A DNA stretch of 39,068 bases from sequence record SRR31156797_15625; one strand, written 5' to 3'. Position 1 is the stretch's first letter, and every line of letters starts with the position of its first letter. Of this stretch, positions 37,436 through 39,068 are shown piece after piece. Both the position numbers and the translations under genes were made by a program. Below the pieces are notes generated by a model. That model was given only the letters and a program-made list of their open reading frames with translations, had not been told where the DNA came from and searched no databases.

Positions 37436-38803
37436 ATGAATTATATAATAAAAAATGCCAACGGAATTTTCTGTGCACAGCAAGATGCAAAAGATATTCG
37501 AGTACACAATGGCGTTATTAAAGAGCTAGGGAAAGAGCTAGTTCCTTTTCAGGGGGAAGAAGTCATTGATGCCAGCAACTGCGTTGTCTACCCCGGCTTT
37601 GTGAATACACATCATCATATTGCACAATCCATCTTGAAAGGTATTCCAGCAGGCATTAATGATGGACTCGGAGATTGGTTGGCAAGTGTACCTTATCGCT
37701 ACTGGCCTCAAATCACGCCTGAAATTATGTATTCAGCTGCAAAACTCGGTTTCTACGAGCTGTTGCGTTCCGGCGCAACGACTTGCGCAGATCATCATTA
37801 TTTGTATCACGCTAACTCAACACAAGAGTTAGAGGATGCGGTATGGCAAGCTGCTGATGAGATGGGTATACGTATAGTCCTTTGTCGGGGCGGCGCAACG
37901 GTAAAAGGAACGCATAAAGGTTTAGCGAAAGCAGGCGTAGAACCTGAATCGGCAGAGATGATGATTGAGCGTTTGGAAAGTACCCGTAGTCGTTATCATC
38001 AAGAAGGTGCGATGGCGATGCGTAAGCTGGTGGTCGCTCCTACAACTATTGCTCACTCATCGACGCCAAGTGACCTGCGACTGTTATCTGAATACGCAAG
38101 AAGTCAAAAGCTAAGAATGCATTCACATATGCTGGAAGTTGATTTCGATAATGAACAGTCTTTAGCAAAATATGGAAAAGGGATTGTTGAGTTCGCAGAA
38201 AGTTGTGGCTGGCTAGGTGAAGACGTTTGGTTTGCACATTTGGTTAAAGCGACAGAACAAGACGTTAAGCTACTAGCGGAAACAAAAACCGGTATTGCTC
38301 ACTGTCCAACATCCAATTGTCGATTGGGTAGTGGTATTGCACCTGTCATTAACATGGCTAAAGCTGGAATGCCGATATCTATCGGTGTAGACGGTTCCGC
38401 TTCTGCTGAATCAGGTTCAATGCTTCAAGAGCTGAATCTGACTTGGTTATTACACAGAACTCAACATGGGCCTAAAGCTACGACGTTAGAACAAGTATTA
38501 GAGTGGGGGACTAAAGGTGGTGCTGAGATGTTAGGTCTTGAAAGTGTCGGAACAATAAAAGAAGGTTTCGCGGCAGACTTCGTTTTATACGATATTAATC
38601 AGCCACGCTTATCCGGTTGCCATGATACTTTGATGTCACCGCTAATGGCCGGAGAGCCTTCTTATATTAAGGCGAGTTTTGTTAACGGTAAAATTGTGTA
38701 TCGACATAGTGAAGAAGACCAATATCAGTATTTAGTCTCTGAAGTGCGTGAAGCAATCACAAAACTGAATAAGCGAGTTTCAGCTTTAGAAGCTAGAAGC
38801 TAG
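37436..38803 (+). CDS. Metal-dependent amidohydrolase, isoxanthopterin/8-oxoguanine-deaminase-like
   Basis: VNTHHHIAQSILKG, RGGAT, VVAPTT, RMHSH..E, VWFAHLVK, HCPTSNCRLGSG, GVDGSAS. Confidence 0.85.
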   Translation: MNYIIKNANGIFCAQQDAKDIRVHNGVIKELGKELVPFQGEEVIDASNCVVYPGFVNTHHHIAQSILKGIPAGINDGLGDWLASVPYRYWPQITPEIMYSAAKLGFYELLRSGATTCADHHYLYHANSTQELEDAVWQAADEMGIRIVLCRGGATVKGTHKGLAKAGVEPESAEMMIERLESTRSRYHQEGAMAMRKLVVAPTTIAHSSTPSDLRLLSEYARSQKLRMHSHMLEVDFDNEQSLAKYGKGIVEFAESCGWLGEDVWFAHLVKATEQDVKLLAETKTGIAHCPTSNCRLGSGIAPVINMAKAGMPISIGVDGSASAESGSMLQELNLTWLLHRTQHGPKATTLEQVLEWGTKGGAEMLGLESVGTIKEGFAADFVLYDINQPRLSGCHDTLMSPLMAGEPSYIKASFVNGKIVYRHSEEDQYQYLVSEVREAITKLNKRVSALEARS

Positions 38804-38883
38804 CTATTTCGTATAGATAACCCTCAATTTGTTTCTTATTTAATCGTTCAGTCTAAAAAGTTCGTTTTTAGGCTGAATTCCCC

Positions 38884-38919
38884 TTGCCAACTCTTTTTTC
38901 CTCCCTATAATGCGCCTCC
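38884..38919 (+). promoter_or_regulatory. rRNA operon P1-type promoter
   Basis: TTGCCA-N16-TATAAT-GCGCCTCC, including the CTCCCTATAATGCGCC signature of rrn P1. Confidence 0.88.
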
Positions 38920-39008
38920 GTTGTCCAGCAAAACTTCTAGAAAGAATGTTGGAAAACATGACGGAAAGTTAAAATTCTTAACCTAAAGAAAATTAACTAA
39001 AAAAGTGG

Positions 39009-39036
39009 TTGACTATGAATGTTTACTCGCTAAAAT
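39009..39036 (+). promoter_or_regulatory. rRNA operon P2-type promoter
   Basis: TTGACT-N16-TAAAAT with A-tract UP element, 125 bp downstream of P1; the RNA gene itself is outside the window. Confidence 0.75.
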
Positions 39037-39068
39037 GACCGTCCGTTTTGAGAGGAATGCCTAACAAA

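Noticed and set aside
38920-39068. rRNA or tRNA gene at the right edge
   Set aside because: Only promoters and leader are visible; no mature RNA sequence lies within the window

Overview
Vibrio chromosome-I-type window. About 32.6 kb is conserved housekeeping: slt-trpR, nspS-mbaA-yjjX, pheL-pheA, raiA, an MltF-like gene, srmB, yfiC, brnQ, frameshifted prfB, lysS, vpsR, a DUF1127 gene, tas, mutH, rppH-ptsP-TauE-lgt-thyA, bamD and rluD-pgeF-clpB. A 6.2 kb accessory cluster follows, lying between clpB and tandem rRNA-operon-type P1/P2 promoters at the right edge. It encodes an NMT1/THI5-type ABC importer, a cytidine-deaminase-fold deaminase, a 2OG-Fe(II) oxygenase and a divergent amidohydrolase resembling isoxanthopterin deaminase. 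The cluster carries three copies of a GAGUAGAAGCGGU-hairpin-GGACAUUGCUC RNA motif matching the NMT1/xanthine-I riboswitch; two copies have ON-type anti-RBS platforms. It also has two divergent sigma54 promoters, tandem NtrC-like sites and two GntR/FadR-type operators, so it looks like a multi-layer-regulated purine/pterin nitrogen-scavenging system. Other non-coding signals: a DARS2-like DnaA-box cluster between mutH and rppH, an unannotated 41-codon ORF before the DUF1127 gene, and a probable translocation of the srmB-thyA block. Family and motif assignments are from recall, not database searches.
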